From contig NC_043017.1 of NCBI RefSeq assembly GCF_006345805.1, positions 11,594,001-11,658,000 on the forward strand: a stretch of 64,000 bases of DNA, given 5' to 3'. Under the pieces are notes generated by a model, which saw only the letters and a list, made by a program, of their open reading frames with translations, searched no databases and was not told the origin of the DNA. This DNA comes from Octopus sinensis. Taxonomy: Eukaryota. The first letter of the stretch is position 1. Every line of letters starts with the position of its first letter. This document shows, piece after piece, positions 28,401 through 42,869 of the stretch. Made by a program: the position numbers and the translations under genes.

Positions 28401-31400
28401 TCAACAGTCAAAAGAAAAAGTGGGGTGGAGGCAGGCTTTGTGAGTGGTTGGAAATACCAGGGTGATTGAGGGACCCTGGCATGATATGTAAATGTTGGAT
28501 TTTTATGAAAGCTATATGAGAAGAAAGTTCAGATCTTGAACTTTCAAATGATATATAATTTTCCATGGAAAAAAAATGTGTTTTCACATGAAAATGATCC
28601 AAGAAAAAGTGTGTTTCTCTGTGGTTAAATTGTGCTTGTGTCTCTTCTACAATACTCTCTAGTAGACAAGGGTTTCAAATTTTGGCACAAAGCCAGCTAT
28701 TTTAGGGAAGTGGGTTAGTCGTTATATCAACCCCAGTACAGAACTGGTACTTATTTTATTGACCCCGAAAAGATAAAGTCGACCTCAGTGGGATTTGAAC
28801 TCAGAACGTAAGGACAGAGAAAATGCTGCTAAGCATTTTGCCAGGCATGGTAACGATTCTACCAGTTCACCACCTTAGATAATAATAATAATAATAAGTT
28901 TTTGACCCACAAATAGTTAAGAAGGAATGCAAAAAAAAAAAAAAAAAAAAAAAAGAATAGACACACCCAAGCTTCTTTAATACAAGATAGCTTAAGTGTG
29001 GGAAAAGGAAAAAGTGAAGATAAATCCAATTATTGTTGGGACCTTGGGGACAATACCAGAGGGTAATGAGAGGAAAATGGTAAAAGAATGCCCAGTAGAG
29101 CTATTGAAAAATTTTTGCTTCCATGGCACTGCCAGAATCATCAGGAAAGTATTAGATAATTGTAAAGAACTGAAAGCATGGTATGATAGGCTGCAGGATG
29201 CAAGCCTGCTACTCACGCGAGTCTCCTGGAGTTCTGATAAAACCTGAGTCAAAATAATAACAATAATAATGATAATGATAATGATGATGATGATAAATAA
29301 TAACCAATTAATAATAACGGTAATGATTTCCAAGTTTGGCACAAGGCCAGTAATTTCAGAGGTTGGGGAGGGGGGTAAGTCGATTATATCAACCCCAGTG
29401 CTCGGCTGCTACTTATTTTATCGATCCCAAAAGGATGAAAGGCAAAGTCAATCCTGATGGAATTTGAATTCAATTATATGAAAAGGTGGACAAAATGCTA
29501 CTAAGCATTTTGTCTGGTGCGCTTATGATTCTAACAGCTTGATGATGATAAATGATATTTTTTTTTATTGGCCACAAGGGCCAAATATATAAAAAAAGAG
29601 ACAAAACAACAGAAGGAACAAGTGGGGCTTAGCACAAAAATTCATGTATACAAAAAAACAATAATAATTAACAACAAAAAAAATCAAGCAATGAAATTCC
29701 TTAAAGTAGGAAGTTCCACCCAGGGCCAACCAAGGAACCCCACACATCCTACTCAACTTGATCACCAAGGCTATCTCAGGTAGTTAAGTTAAGTTAAGTT
29801 AATTTTTTGACTCAAAAAGCAAGGCCATGTAGGGGGACATGGAGTTATGTACAGGGTGGTGTTCATACAAAGAGTTCAGGCCATTTCTGGTCAAGGGAGA
29901 CTTTGAACCGAGCGGTCGTCGGCATCTTCACCATCTCGTCTGGCAGCTTATTCCACGGATCCGCAACCCGGACGGAGAAAGCCCCTCTCCTTCGATTGAG
30001 ATGAAATCGTCGCAGATAGAGCTTTTCGGAGTGACCCCACAGCCAACGTTTTGGAGCAAGAGTGAAGAACAGCTCTTTCGAGAGGTTACACTTTCCGCTT
30101 ATGATGTTGTGAGCGAGAATGAGATCACCACGGCGGCGGCGTTTTTCTAGAGAATGAAGGTCAAGCGTCTTCAACCTTTCTTCATAAGACAAATGCTTGA
30201 GACCAAGTACCTCACTCCTCAACCCTTCCGACTTACAAGCTTATGTTCAGAGCAGGCCCATTCACATAAGCAATCGTTGCCACATTCACTGTTCTTGTTG
30301 CTGCAGTTGCTTCCATCTCTTTCGCCCAACCATCTCCTTTCCCTCCTTCCCTTCATCTGCCTTGATTATCATAATGTTATTGTTATCGTAGCCTCTGCTA
30401 TCACACTGTCCAATCGATGTACACACATTTCTCATGAGAGGAAGAGAAGGAAGAGGAGGGAGGTCTTCAGCTGTAAAAGGTATCCTCAAAGGAAGAGTTT
30501 CTCTTTCAAGCTCAACACCACCATCTTGCAATAGGTTCTATTTTAAAATGCCAACAGTGAGTTTTTCCTTAATTATTATTTTGGGGGGCAAAAATATTGC
30601 ACCTTATGGGGAAAAACAAACAAAGAACAAACAGGAATGAACTGAGAGTATTAAGGGCCCTTTAGAATTTAAACTGGCCAAAAGTATTCTGCCTGTTTTA
30701 TGTTCAAACTGGCCAGATCTGGTCTCTCACACCAACCCTACAATATCGTTTCAAAAATTAACAGCTACCTCATCAAAATCTCATAGCTACAAGATAATGC
30801 ATGATTAATTCAAAACAATGTGGATTAAAAAGAAGCATTAATTTTGGCAGAATAATGTGAATACTAAAGGGTTAAGGGCCCTTGGGCATAACTGTTTACT
30901 GGGCTCCTTCGAATGTATGTTTTAGTAGAGTGCGGGCCCCTCAGAGCTCCGGGCCCTTGCTCAGTGCCCAATTGACTGACAGCTCAGTCCACCCCTGGTA
31001 ACAAATTACAACAAAATTTCTACACAAAAAATGGCACCAAATGGGTGAAAACAATTTCAAACAGGATCTGCTCAGTGTGATTGAAAACATGGCTGACATA
31101 TTCCACAGTAAATATCGTAGTAATAAAAATAACAATAATAATAAATAAAAGAGACCCTGTTATATTTACCAGAGCTTCACTGACGTTTCCTCCTGTTGCT
31201 AAAGACTTGAAGTGACTAGATCCATAAACCAGTTGGACATCAGCAATGTCAACGATCTGAAGAAAAAAACAAACAGCAAGTTTGGTTAGTCTACATTTTA
31301 TTCTATCTAAATATAGTTTATTTTTTTTGTATTTTTACATAGCTTAGTTGTGGAGGCGCAATGGCCCAGTGGTTAGGGTAGCAGACTCGCGGTCGGAGGA

Positions 31401-32788
31401 TCGCGGTTTCGATTCCCAGACTGGGCGTTGTGTGTGTTTATTGAACGAAAACACCTAAAAGCTCCACGAGGCTCCGGCAGGGGATGGTGGCGATCCCTGC
31501 TGTACTCTTTCGCCACAACTTCCTCTCACTCTTTCGTCTGTTGGCCTGCTCGCTTAGCCAGCGGGATGGCGTCATTTGAAGGCTAAAACAATGCGAAGCG
31601 CATTGTGACCAGCGACGTGTAGCAACATCTGATAGCCTGGTCGGTCACGGTGATCACATAGCTTAGTTACAGGAAGGCATATTGCTTGGTGGTTAAGGTG
31701 TTTCACTCCTGTCTATAGGATCATGGTTTCAATTCCAAGAATGGGTGGTCCATTGTGTTCTTGAGCAAAACAATTCATTTCATATTGCTGTAGCCCATTC
31801 AGGTGTAAACGAGTCATCGTGCAAGAGCTTGAGACGTTTAACCCTGCGACAGACCAGCATCTTGCTCAGCAAAGGGGTCTAGTGTTGTCTTCTCAGTCCT
31901 TTATATGCTCTCTTTACTCTTTTACTTGTTTTAGTCATGTGACTGTGGCCATGCTGGAGCACTGCCTTTAGTCGATCAAATCGACCCCAGGACTTATTCT
32001 TTGTAAGCCTAGTACTTATTTTATCGGTCTCTTTTTGCCGAACCGCTAAGTTACGGGGACGTATACACACCAGCAACGGTTGTCAAGCGATGTTGGGGGG
32101 GACAAACACAGACACATATATATATACATATATACGACGGGCTTCTTTCAGTTTCCGTCTACCAAATCCACTCACAAGGCTTTGGTCAGCCCGAGGCTAT
32201 AGTAGAAGACACTTACCCAAGGTGCCACGCAGTGGGACTGAACTTGGAACCATGTGGTTCATAAGCAAGCTACTTACCGCACAGCCACTCCTGCGCCTAT
32301 GCTGCGGAAACTGCATGAAGCTCAAGGCCTGTGATTGCGACAGTGCTTAAGACAGTCCTGCAGAAGGATCTTTTACCATTATTCCATGCTTTTCGTATGC
32401 AAGCCGGTGGGGCTCGCTCTGAGCACTCTAATTTTTTCATAGTTCAACAAGGAAGAGCTATGTCCATGATACTTTCTTGGAAAATACAATTTGCAACTGG
32501 AAAAAAGTTTCATTAATATACAGAAAAGGGTTTGCACTAAATTGGATGGGGATTAAGGAAAGGAAAGGGGTGAAGAAGAAAAAAGCCACAGCAATGAACT
32601 TACTTCTAACTCTTCTTCGGACTTCACATCTATAACATGAATCTTTTCTGTAGTGTCCAATGTAACTAGTGTCCTTGGGTTCATCCACTGGCAAAGTGAA
32701 TGGTTTGAACAAGAAGAGGAAATATTTAGAACAAAAAAAACAAAAAAAATCATGCATACATACAAATGCACACACACACACACACACA

Positions 32789-32834
<46 letters not shown>

Positions 32835-34117
32835 CATACATACATATATATATGTATGTGTATATATATGTATGTGTGTATATATATATATATATAGAAT
32901 TGTGCAGCTATCTCAAAAAGCACCTCTTACGGGCTTGGCTAACAGTCCACATAGTAATCTTATAGAGAGAAGTGTAATGTAGAGTGCTTATGCAGATGAA
33001 ACCCAGAAGGGCCAGTCAATGAAATGATTTCATGACAAGTATGACCTTAAAAGTTAGGAGATATGAGAGTGAATATATATTTATTTAACTACACATCCTT
33101 TGGATTACAGCCGTTTCACAACCTCTCCATAGAGTATTAATTTCAGTGCAGAAGAAATTATGCTGAGATGTTTACATTGTTTTACAGCAGGATACTCATC
33201 CTGCTGCTATCCCTTACGTATTTTACAAGCAAGCATGATAAAGATGAACAGAATCATTTAGAAAATTCAAGCTGATTGTTACTCATGAATAGTCTATCAA
33301 ACATCACCTAGTTAGCCCATCATCATGATGTATCCAGCTTTCTACAATTTCTATTACTACTACTATAACAGTCAACAACTCCTTTCAGCTAATATCATAC
33401 TGTATTCGGAGCCCTGTACTAACCACCATGCTCAGTCTTTCCCGTGGCTTTCAGATCCCCTTCTGACAGCTGTGATGCTTAAAAACAAAGTAAAAGGCCA
33501 TCCAGTACTAAAATTCAAAGATAAGAGAAATTATTTTACTTACAGTTATCGAAAGAAGTTTGTAAGGTAGTTCCATTTTCTGCAAACCTGAACAGCGGAT
33601 ATCTTGGGCATTATTGCATATCACCTGAAATAGTTGGATTATAGGTTACTGATGCAATTTACCTGTAATCTGTTGATGACATATAATGAGCAAAAAGTTA
33701 CCTGTAATAGTTCTTAATAGTCTATGTGACAATACCATTATACAAATACTTGGTATCTGCAATATTGTTACCTGGTGCAAATAGGATACATATATATATA
33801 CATATATATATGTGTGTGTGTATATAAACACACACACATATACATACGTGCATACATATATATATGCATACACATATATACATATACATACATGCATATA
33901 TATATATATGTGTGTGTGTAAATATATATATATATATATAAAGAAATTAAAAAAGGAAAATACACACACTTTACATAGTTTTAATATAATTTTTGAATAT
34001 ACCAACCGGTTTCGCTTTAGCTATTCATGATATTATCGTTTACTTATTTGAATATGTATTTTCTTAAGAAGAAATTTTTTTATACACATATATACAAACA
34101 CATAAATGCATGCATCC

Positions 34118-34177
<60 letters not shown>

Positions 34178-35362
34178 CACATATATACATGTACATATGT
34201 AGCTATGAAAGATTAAACATGTAAAATGTAAAAATAAAATTTTAAATGTCAAAATATATATTTATTATTTATCATAAAATTCATATTGCTTGGCAGCTTA
34301 TCCAAGGAATAAACTTTCTTTAAAATAATAAATTCAATCTAGAATTTAAAACATAAAATATGCCTTTCTCATAATAATTATACAACAGAAAGTATATGAT
34401 TGTATTAGTTAATTTAGTATCAATTAATCAAGTATCAAACTAGTGTTAATTAATCCACCGTAACAATAGAAATACAACATCTGTAACAATCTTGGGTCCA
34501 GACCAGAATTTTTAACCATGTGTTTTATTTGTTGCGTGATCAAATTCTTAACCATTCTGCAAAGAGTGGCAGAATTATTAAGAAGTTTGCTTCTTAATCA
34601 TAGGGTCTCAGGTTCAATTTAACTGCATGGCATCTTAGGCAAGTTTCTTTTGCTGTAGCCCCAGGTCAATCTAAACCTTGGGAGTGAAATCAGACGGAAA
34701 CTGAATGGAAGTTTATTGAGTATTATGAGTGACTCAAAAGTCCAGCCATGCCACACACACACTGTATCATTCTGATTCAGCCTGAGGATAATGTTAATCC
34801 TTTGCATGTTCTGTACATCACATGTGATACACAAGACATATTTGCCTGGCATCCATGTATAATACATGAGACACATTCCCAATTACTTTTTTCTCAACCA
34901 CCAGATTAAATTTGGGACTTTTGAAAAGAAAGCTTCATTTTACTTCAAACGTATGGAGTGAGGCCTAACTAAAAGACTGATAACAATCATGGATGTATAG
35001 GACAAAATCTCAGAAATGTTTTGGTGAGGGTTATGTTGGTATACTCAGGCGCTTGCACACTAATTCAATGAGCTGTTATTTTAGTTGATCGAACAACTGT
35101 AAACATGTGGTTAGAAATTTCTGACTGAGACCCTTTTTAAAAGTTAGTGGAGACAGCAGCAGTAGTAGTACTAATACTACTATTAATAATAATAATACAA
35201 ATGTAATAATTTTAATAGATTGTTAATAAGTAAGTGATAGAAAGGAAAAGATGAGCCATGCTGTATTGCCCAGACTATGTTTCAAATGGTTTGAGAATGG
35301 GCGAGTTTGAGTTTGCAAAGCAACTAGAAGACGGAGGCATTTTAACCAAGAAGAATAGAAAA

Positions 35363-35402
<40 letters not shown>

Positions 35403-38400
35403 GTGAGTGAGTGATGTGTGTGTGTGTGTGTAAGACAGAGAGTGAGTGAAGGAAAGAGATTGTAAGAAAAAGGTTTAGAGAAAAACAAAGACAGAGAGAG
35501 TGAGGAAGCAAGAGACGTCATTAGTAATAATTGAGTGATTAGATAGATAACGATGTGCTGGGTCAGCCAAAGCAGTTGACTATCTCATTTAACAGCTAAT
35601 TGTTTTTGTTTTTGCTTATTTTTATGTATTATTCTATAATACTGTTATCAGTTATCTAATCTCATTTATTAGTTATCTCATGGATTATTGTACTTTGTGA
35701 AATGTTATCGTATAGTTTAGTTCCTGTGTGGGGAGATGAGAAAGCGTTTGGTTTCAGTTTTGAACAGACAATAAATTTTAATAAGACCATTATTAAATAT
35801 TTAAGAAGTGGCACAGTTCATAAGGTTGTCAGATATAATAATGCCTGGTGGTTTTTGTTCTGTCATGTAATGTTCCTCAGGAGATTCTTTGGAGGAACGC
35901 ACATTCAGTGGCCTTTCCTTTGAATAAATATTGGTGACATGGAGAAAGAAGAAACCTGCAAGAATGGGCAGCTGCTAGTCTTCCTAGAAAATAAAAGCTT
36001 GCCCTTGCCTGTGCTTGCCCTGGCCTGTGCTTGCCTGCACTTGCCCTGGCCTGCACTTGCCCTGGCCTGCGCTTGCCCTGGCCTGCGCTTGCCCTTGCCT
36101 GCGCTTGCCCTGGCCTGCATTTGCCCTGGCTTGCACTTGCCCTGGCCTGTGCTTGCCCTGGCCTGCACTTGCCCTGGCCTGCACTTGCTCTGGCCTGCGC
36201 TTGCCCTGTGTGCAGATGCATGGTCGACAGTGATTGTCAGAGGTTCCTAGAAGAGTAATGGGGCACAGAAAATTTGGGAAGTTGTCTGTGCATGTTTGCA
36301 TGTGTGTGTGTGTGTGTGTATATGTCTATGAGACATGCATTTGATGTGTGTTAGCATGTGCATGGACATGTGTTTATGAGGCATATGTTTAAGCTCAAGA
36401 GAGAAGGCTGTTGTTAGCTAGTGTGATCTAGCGATAGCTCCTAACAGCAATAACAGATGGCAAAAAGTTCATTCTCCAAGGAGTGGGGACAGTAGAAGAG
36501 AGAGAAAAAAATGGAAAGAGAAAAAAATCTCTCTCTTCTATTTTGTCAATCAATGTGAAACAGGTCGATTTACCATCTCGGAACCCTCTGTGGTCTTGAA
36601 TCTACTTGCTAGGGAATGATGAGTCTTAAGTAGATATTCTTTTACCTGGTAGAAGTAGATGGTGCTATCTCGAGCGAATGCCAACACTGGATCGATGACA
36701 CGGTCACTTTCAGAGATTTGGATGATGACAAACTGCCAGGCAAGAAGTGGCAGAGTGGAAGAATCACCCTGGAAAGTACAAACAAGGAAAAAAAAAAAAA
36801 AAGGAAAACAATCTTAGAATTAAAAATAAAAACAACAGAAAAATTTCACAGGCGCAGGAGTGGCTGTGTGGTAAGTAGCTTGCTAACCAACCACATGGTT
36901 CTGGGTTCAGTCCCACTGCGTGGCATCTTGGGCAAATGTCTTCTGCTATAGCCCCGGGCCGACCAATGCCTTGTGAGTAGATTTGGTAGACGGAAACTGA
37001 AAGAAGCCTGTCGTATATATGTATATATATATATATATGTGTGTGTATGTGTGTGTGCGTTTGTGTTTGTCTACATAGCATTGCTTGACAACCGATGCTG
37101 GTGTGTTTACGTCCCCGTCACTTAGCGGTTCGGCAAAAGAGACCGATAGAACAAGTACTGGGCTTACAAAGAATAAGTCCCGGGGTCGATTTGTTCGACT
37201 AAAGGTGGTGCTCCAGCATGGCCGCAGTCAAATGACTGAAACAAGTAAAAGAGTAAAGAGTAAGAGTATGTGGTTATGTGATTAGAAGTTTGCTTCCCAA
37301 CCACGTGGTTCAGGGTTCAGTCCCTCTGTGTGATAACTTACATTTTTCTGAAGTAAAAGATTCTCTTAATTCTTCAATAATCTAATTTTAATGCTTGATT
37401 TTTTTTTTTTGAAATCAGTCTAATTCAAATAAAGGTAGAATCAGACAAAAATAAAAAGAAATTCATAAAATATTCTTAAATACATATTAAAAAAATCCAA
37501 TGTATACTCAGAAATTCGTAAAAGAAATTCATAAAATATTCTTAAATATATATTAAAAAAAAATCCAATGTATACTCAGAAATTCGTAAAATTTCCCCAA
37601 ATTGATGGAATTCACAGAAAATACTGGTAGGGTACCTTTAATGGATGAGTGAACATTATCTTCAGCTGAGGTCTCAGAGTCACAATTAATACCTGGAAGA
37701 AAAAAATCAAAAAACAAAGAAACCCAGTTATTTTCATGATTAGAAAATTTTGTTTACTGAAATATATTTAGAAGTTTAAAACATTATATGTGAGTGTGTG
37801 TGTGTGTGTGTGTGGTGTGTGTGTGTGTGTGTAAGTATCATCATCATCATTTTAATGTCCATTTTTCTATGCTTGTAGAGGTCAGATGGAATTTATTGAA
37901 GATCTGGCCTCTCACACATATCCTACAATGTCATTCTAAAAATAAACAATCCCATCAATGAAATCTTGAAGCTATGAGATAATGCACAATTAATTCAAAG
38001 CAATGTAAATAAACAAGCATTACATTCGACAGAGTAATTTGAATGCTAAAAGATTAAAGATAAAACATTTACTTAGATCAGAAATATTAAATTTCTAAAA
38101 GTCTCAAAGAGACATGAGTGGTGGTGGAGCGATAGAGTGGTTGTATACTGTCAACATAACGTGACGTCATGTAAGGGAATTACACCACTGCTGTTTAGCC
38201 CTAGGAAGCATCGAACGCTTCCTGTCGCTCATGTCTCTTTGAGACATTTAGAAATTTAATATTTCTGATTACGGTGACCAGTGAATAGATTTCACTGTAA
38301 ATATATATATTTGTGAAGGCTGGACAGGCACCTCAGTCAGCAGATCTCACTATCCTGGGCTGATGACGGGTTAAGGCCCAGAAACATGCATGTCCTCAGG

Positions 38401-39693
38401 TGTGAATCTTGGCTGGTGGGGGTGCTTGCCTCCCCTTCACAAATATAAGGACACGGAAAAAAAAAATGTGTCAAAGCCGACAGGAAGCATTCGATGCTTC
38501 CTAGGGCTAAACAGCAGTGGTGTAATTCCCATACGGGACTGTCACGTTGAGTTGACAGTATACAACCACTCCATTTACTTAGACCTAGAGAAGAAAATAA
38601 AACCATGCTTTTGGCAACAAGTTTAAACTGCTTCAGAATGGAGTAGATTAACTGTAAAGAGAAAAGTGATCGTTAATATCGGTGAAAGTGGTTCCTGGAT
38701 CTTACCTTGGACAAAGATGCCATGGCCAGAATCATAACATCATGCATGGGATGGTCCTGTATGGTATAATTCATGTGTAGTGGTTCTATGACACACACTT
38801 CTCCTCGACTGGAATAAGAAATACAGATTCATAATGAAATGGGGGTGGTGGTGGCATGGAAATTTAATTCAACCCTTTTGATGCCAACCCGTCTGAGACT
38901 GTCCCACCACCTCAAGTCCTATGATACAATCTTCAAGTTTTGAATTAAAACCTTTCACCAAAAGTTTCATGCTAGTCTATGTTCCATAATCTGGCTTAAA
39001 TTTTCTTAATAAGCCAAACATTTTGAGTGGAGGGAGTTTCACTGATTACATTGACCCCTGTATATGACTGGTACATTTATTTTACCAACCACGAAAGGAT
39101 GAAAGTGAGTATTGACCTTGGCAGGATTTGAACTCAGGATGTAGAAAGCTGGAAGAACTGCCACAAGGCATTTTATCTAACACTCTGATGATTCTGCCAG
39201 TGATGTAATTTGTTTCCAGTCTTGCATGAAAAAATGTCTGGTCATAGGGAAATGTTACCTTACTTGGGAATAGGTAAAGGTTGGAGACAGGAAGGGCATC
39301 CAGACATAGAAAAACATGTCTGACCCATGCAAGCATGCAAAAGTGGACATTAAAAATATGTGATGGTATACATATATATATATCACCGTCACCGTGACCG
39401 ACCAGGCTATCAGATGTTGCTACACATCGCTGGTCACAATGCGCTTCGCATTGTTTTAGCCTTCAAATGACGCCACCCCGCTGGCTAAGCGAGCAGGCCA
39501 ACAGAAGAAAGAGTGAGAGAAAGTTGTGGCGAAAGAGTACAGCAGGGATCGCCACCGCCCCCTGCTGGAGCCTCGTGGAGCTTTAGGTGTTTTCGCTCAA
39601 TAAACACTCACAACACCCGGTCTGGGAATCAAAACCGCGACCCTACGACTGCGAGTCCGCTGCCCTAACCACTGGGCCATTGCACCTCCACAC

Positions 39694-39732
<39 letters not shown>

Positions 39733-40441
39733 TGTGTGTATATATATGTATATGTGCACAAACACAGGAGAGGTGTTATTTAGCTTGTCAGGCACCTGTA
39801 GTGGATTCTACTCTATTGTGTTTGTACTCTCAGTTTAAAGATAAAAGGTTCCCAGATTTAAATCTAATCCAACATGAATGGAGGTCAAGCAGATCAAAAC
39901 GCAGAGTAAATTCAAAGTTAAGATTGTGCAAATTTAAAATGTTAATAACAGCAACACATGCCGTATATTTAACTATTCACCAATCATGATTTCAGATTGG
40001 AATCTGATTAGAGGAATGATGATGAAAATGAAGAGGAAGAGGCAGAAGTGGTAGGATATTCACTATGAGGGTAGAGTGATGATGTTGACAATGATGATGG
40101 TGATGAAGTTAAACATACCTTCCTGAAAACAGGCACTTCGATTCACAGGTCCTCACCCCGATCAACCTCCTGAAGGAAAAAATAGAAACAAACCAAAGAT
40201 ATGTTAAAACTGATGAATATATAATAGTGATGTGAGTATGTGTATATGCGTGCATGACTATATTTGTGTGTGAGTGTGTGTGGTAAGTAGCTTGTTTACC
40301 AACCACATGTTTCCGGGTTCAGTCCCACTGTGTGGCACCTTGGGCAAGTGTCTTCTACTATAGCCTCGGGCCAACCAAAGCCTTGTGAGTGGATTTGGTA
40401 GACGGAAACTGAAAGAAGCCTGTCGTATATATGTATGTATA

Positions 40442-40473
<32 letters not shown>

Positions 40474-42808
40474 CATGCGTGTGTGTGTTTGTGTGTCTGT
40501 GTTTGCCCCCCTAGCATTGCTTGACAATCGATGCTGGTGTGTTTATGTCCGCGTTACTTAGCGGTTCGGCAAAAGAGACCGATAGAATAAGTACTGGGCT
40601 TACAAAAGAATAAGTCCCGGGGTCGAGTTGCTCGATTAAAGGCAGTGCTCCAGCATGGCCGCAGTCAAATGACCGAAACAAGTAAAAGAGTAAAAGAGTA
40701 GGGTAAACAAGTGGCATCAGTTTAGATTATGGTATTTACATATTTGAACATCATGGTTTCGGGTTCAGTCCCACTGCGTGGCACATCGGGTAGGTGTCTT
40801 CCACTATAGCCTCGAGCCGACCGGAGCTTTGTGATTGAATTCGGTAGGTGGAAGTTACTGCCGTGTGTGTATGTGTGCGTATAGCTGCTCAGTGCCTCTC
40901 CGAAAGAGAGAGAGAGAGGGAATTGCTGAGTTGTTACAACAGAGTCAAAAAAGAAGGAAAAAAGTATAAAAAGGAAAGGTGTGCAGATAGTGTCCTACAG
41001 GTGTTTTAAGGACAGGTGTGCATGTCATGCATTTCCTTGTAAGCAAAGATAAACTGACCATATAGTAGAGGTCTATTGCATTTTCAGAGACAAAATGAGG
41101 AAGATCGTTAGAAGAAGATTTTAGGAGCAATCAGTTCTATTGTTGGGAAGAGGCTGATAAATAGCCGATAGTCATTCATTGCTAGGCATCTATAACATAA
41201 TTGCTTTGTGTTTTGATTGCAGTTCAAGCTGAAGTGTGAGGTGGTAAATCAACTTGAGCACTAATGGTATGTACCTGTTACAATATGTCATTAGACAGAA
41301 TGCTACCAGAACTCTCTCTCTCTCCCTTACTCTATACACATATACGGCGAGCTGGCAGAAACGTTAGCATGTCGGGCGAAATGCGTAGCAGTGTTTCGTC
41401 TGCCTTTACGCTCTGAGTTCAAATTCTGCCGAGGTCGACTTTGCTTTCATCCTTTTGGGGTCGATAAATTAAGTACCAGTTACGCACTGGGGTTGATGTA
41501 ATCAACTTTATACCTTTGTCTGTCCTTGTTTGTCCCCTTGTGGGTAATAAAGAAATATATACACATACACACACACATGTATAGGAGAAAGCATGATGGT
41601 GTGTCTAAGATGTTTGCTTTTCAACCAAGTAGTTTCAACTTTAGTCCCACAGCATGGTAACTGTCTTCTACTAAAGCCCTTGGCTGATCAAAGCTTTGTG
41701 GTTGGATTTGGTAGATGAAAAACTGAAAAACACCTCTTGCATATGTGTGTGTGGTGAATGTTTGTGTGTGTGTGTGCTTGTGTGTGTGTGTGTGTGTGTG
41801 TATGTTTCTGTGTTGGCTTATATTTGTGCTTCAAGGGAAACCACGAGCAGTTGTTATTTCTCTTAGCAATACATCATCAGCTACTTTGTGCCTCACTTGA
41901 AACACACACCTGCATGGTTCTTGGTCTCAAGCATTTGTCTTATAAAGAAAGGCTGAAGACACTCGACCTTTATTCTCTAGAAAAACGACGACGCCGTGGT
42001 GATCTCATTCTTGCTCATAACATCATAAGCGGAAAGTGTATCTTCTCGAAAGAGCTGTTCTTCATTCCTGCTCCAGAGCGTCGGCTGCGGGGTCATTCCG
42101 AAAAGCTCTATCTGCGACGATTTCATATCAATCGAAGGAGAGAGGCTTTCTCTGTCTGGGTTGCGGATCTGTGGAATAAGCTGCCGGACGAGATAGTGAA
42201 GATGCCAACGACCGCTCGGTTCAAAGTCTCTCTTGACCAGAAATGGCCTGAACTCTTTGCATGAACACCCTCCCTGTACATAACTCCATGTCCTCCTATA
42301 TGGCATTGCTTTTTGCTTTTTGAGCCAAAAAATTAACTTAACACACACACACACATATGTACACTCACTTTCCACACACACGTTTTACTGAGTCACCAAT
42401 CTTGGGTGAGAATGAAAGGTGAAGTCACAGAAGCATAAGAACTAAAATAGATTGAAACACTAGAAGGTATCTTAATTTCATCAGCTATCTTTTGTCGTCT
42501 CTCAAATTTCACACATAATACTTTGATTTGACACTATCTTAGAATGCCATTTGCCCAATGTCTTGTGTGAGTTTTGGAGGAGCAAACCTTCACCAATATT
42601 CAAATTACAAACAAATAAAAACAAATATAATAAAATATCTTAAACATGCGCAGGAGTGGCTGTGTGGTAAGTAGCTTGCTAACCAACCACATGGTTCCGG
42701 GTTCAGTCCCACTGCGTGGCATCTTGGGCAAGTGTCTTCTGTTATAGCCCCGGGCCGACCAATGCCTTGTGAGTGGATTTGGTAGATGGAAACTGAAAGA
42801 AGCCTGTC

Positions 42809-42869
<61 letters not shown>

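Noticed and set aside
33646-33780. Alternative acceptor (CACCAG|GTAACA) with an open frame upstream of exon 14
   Set aside because: Peptide does not resemble VPS8 and ends in a stop; the 33544-33624 exon fits length and phase.
35877-36301. Six overlapping ORFs as a real protein-coding locus
   Set aside because: All arise from the 16-bp minisatellite; no flanking splice or start context supports them.
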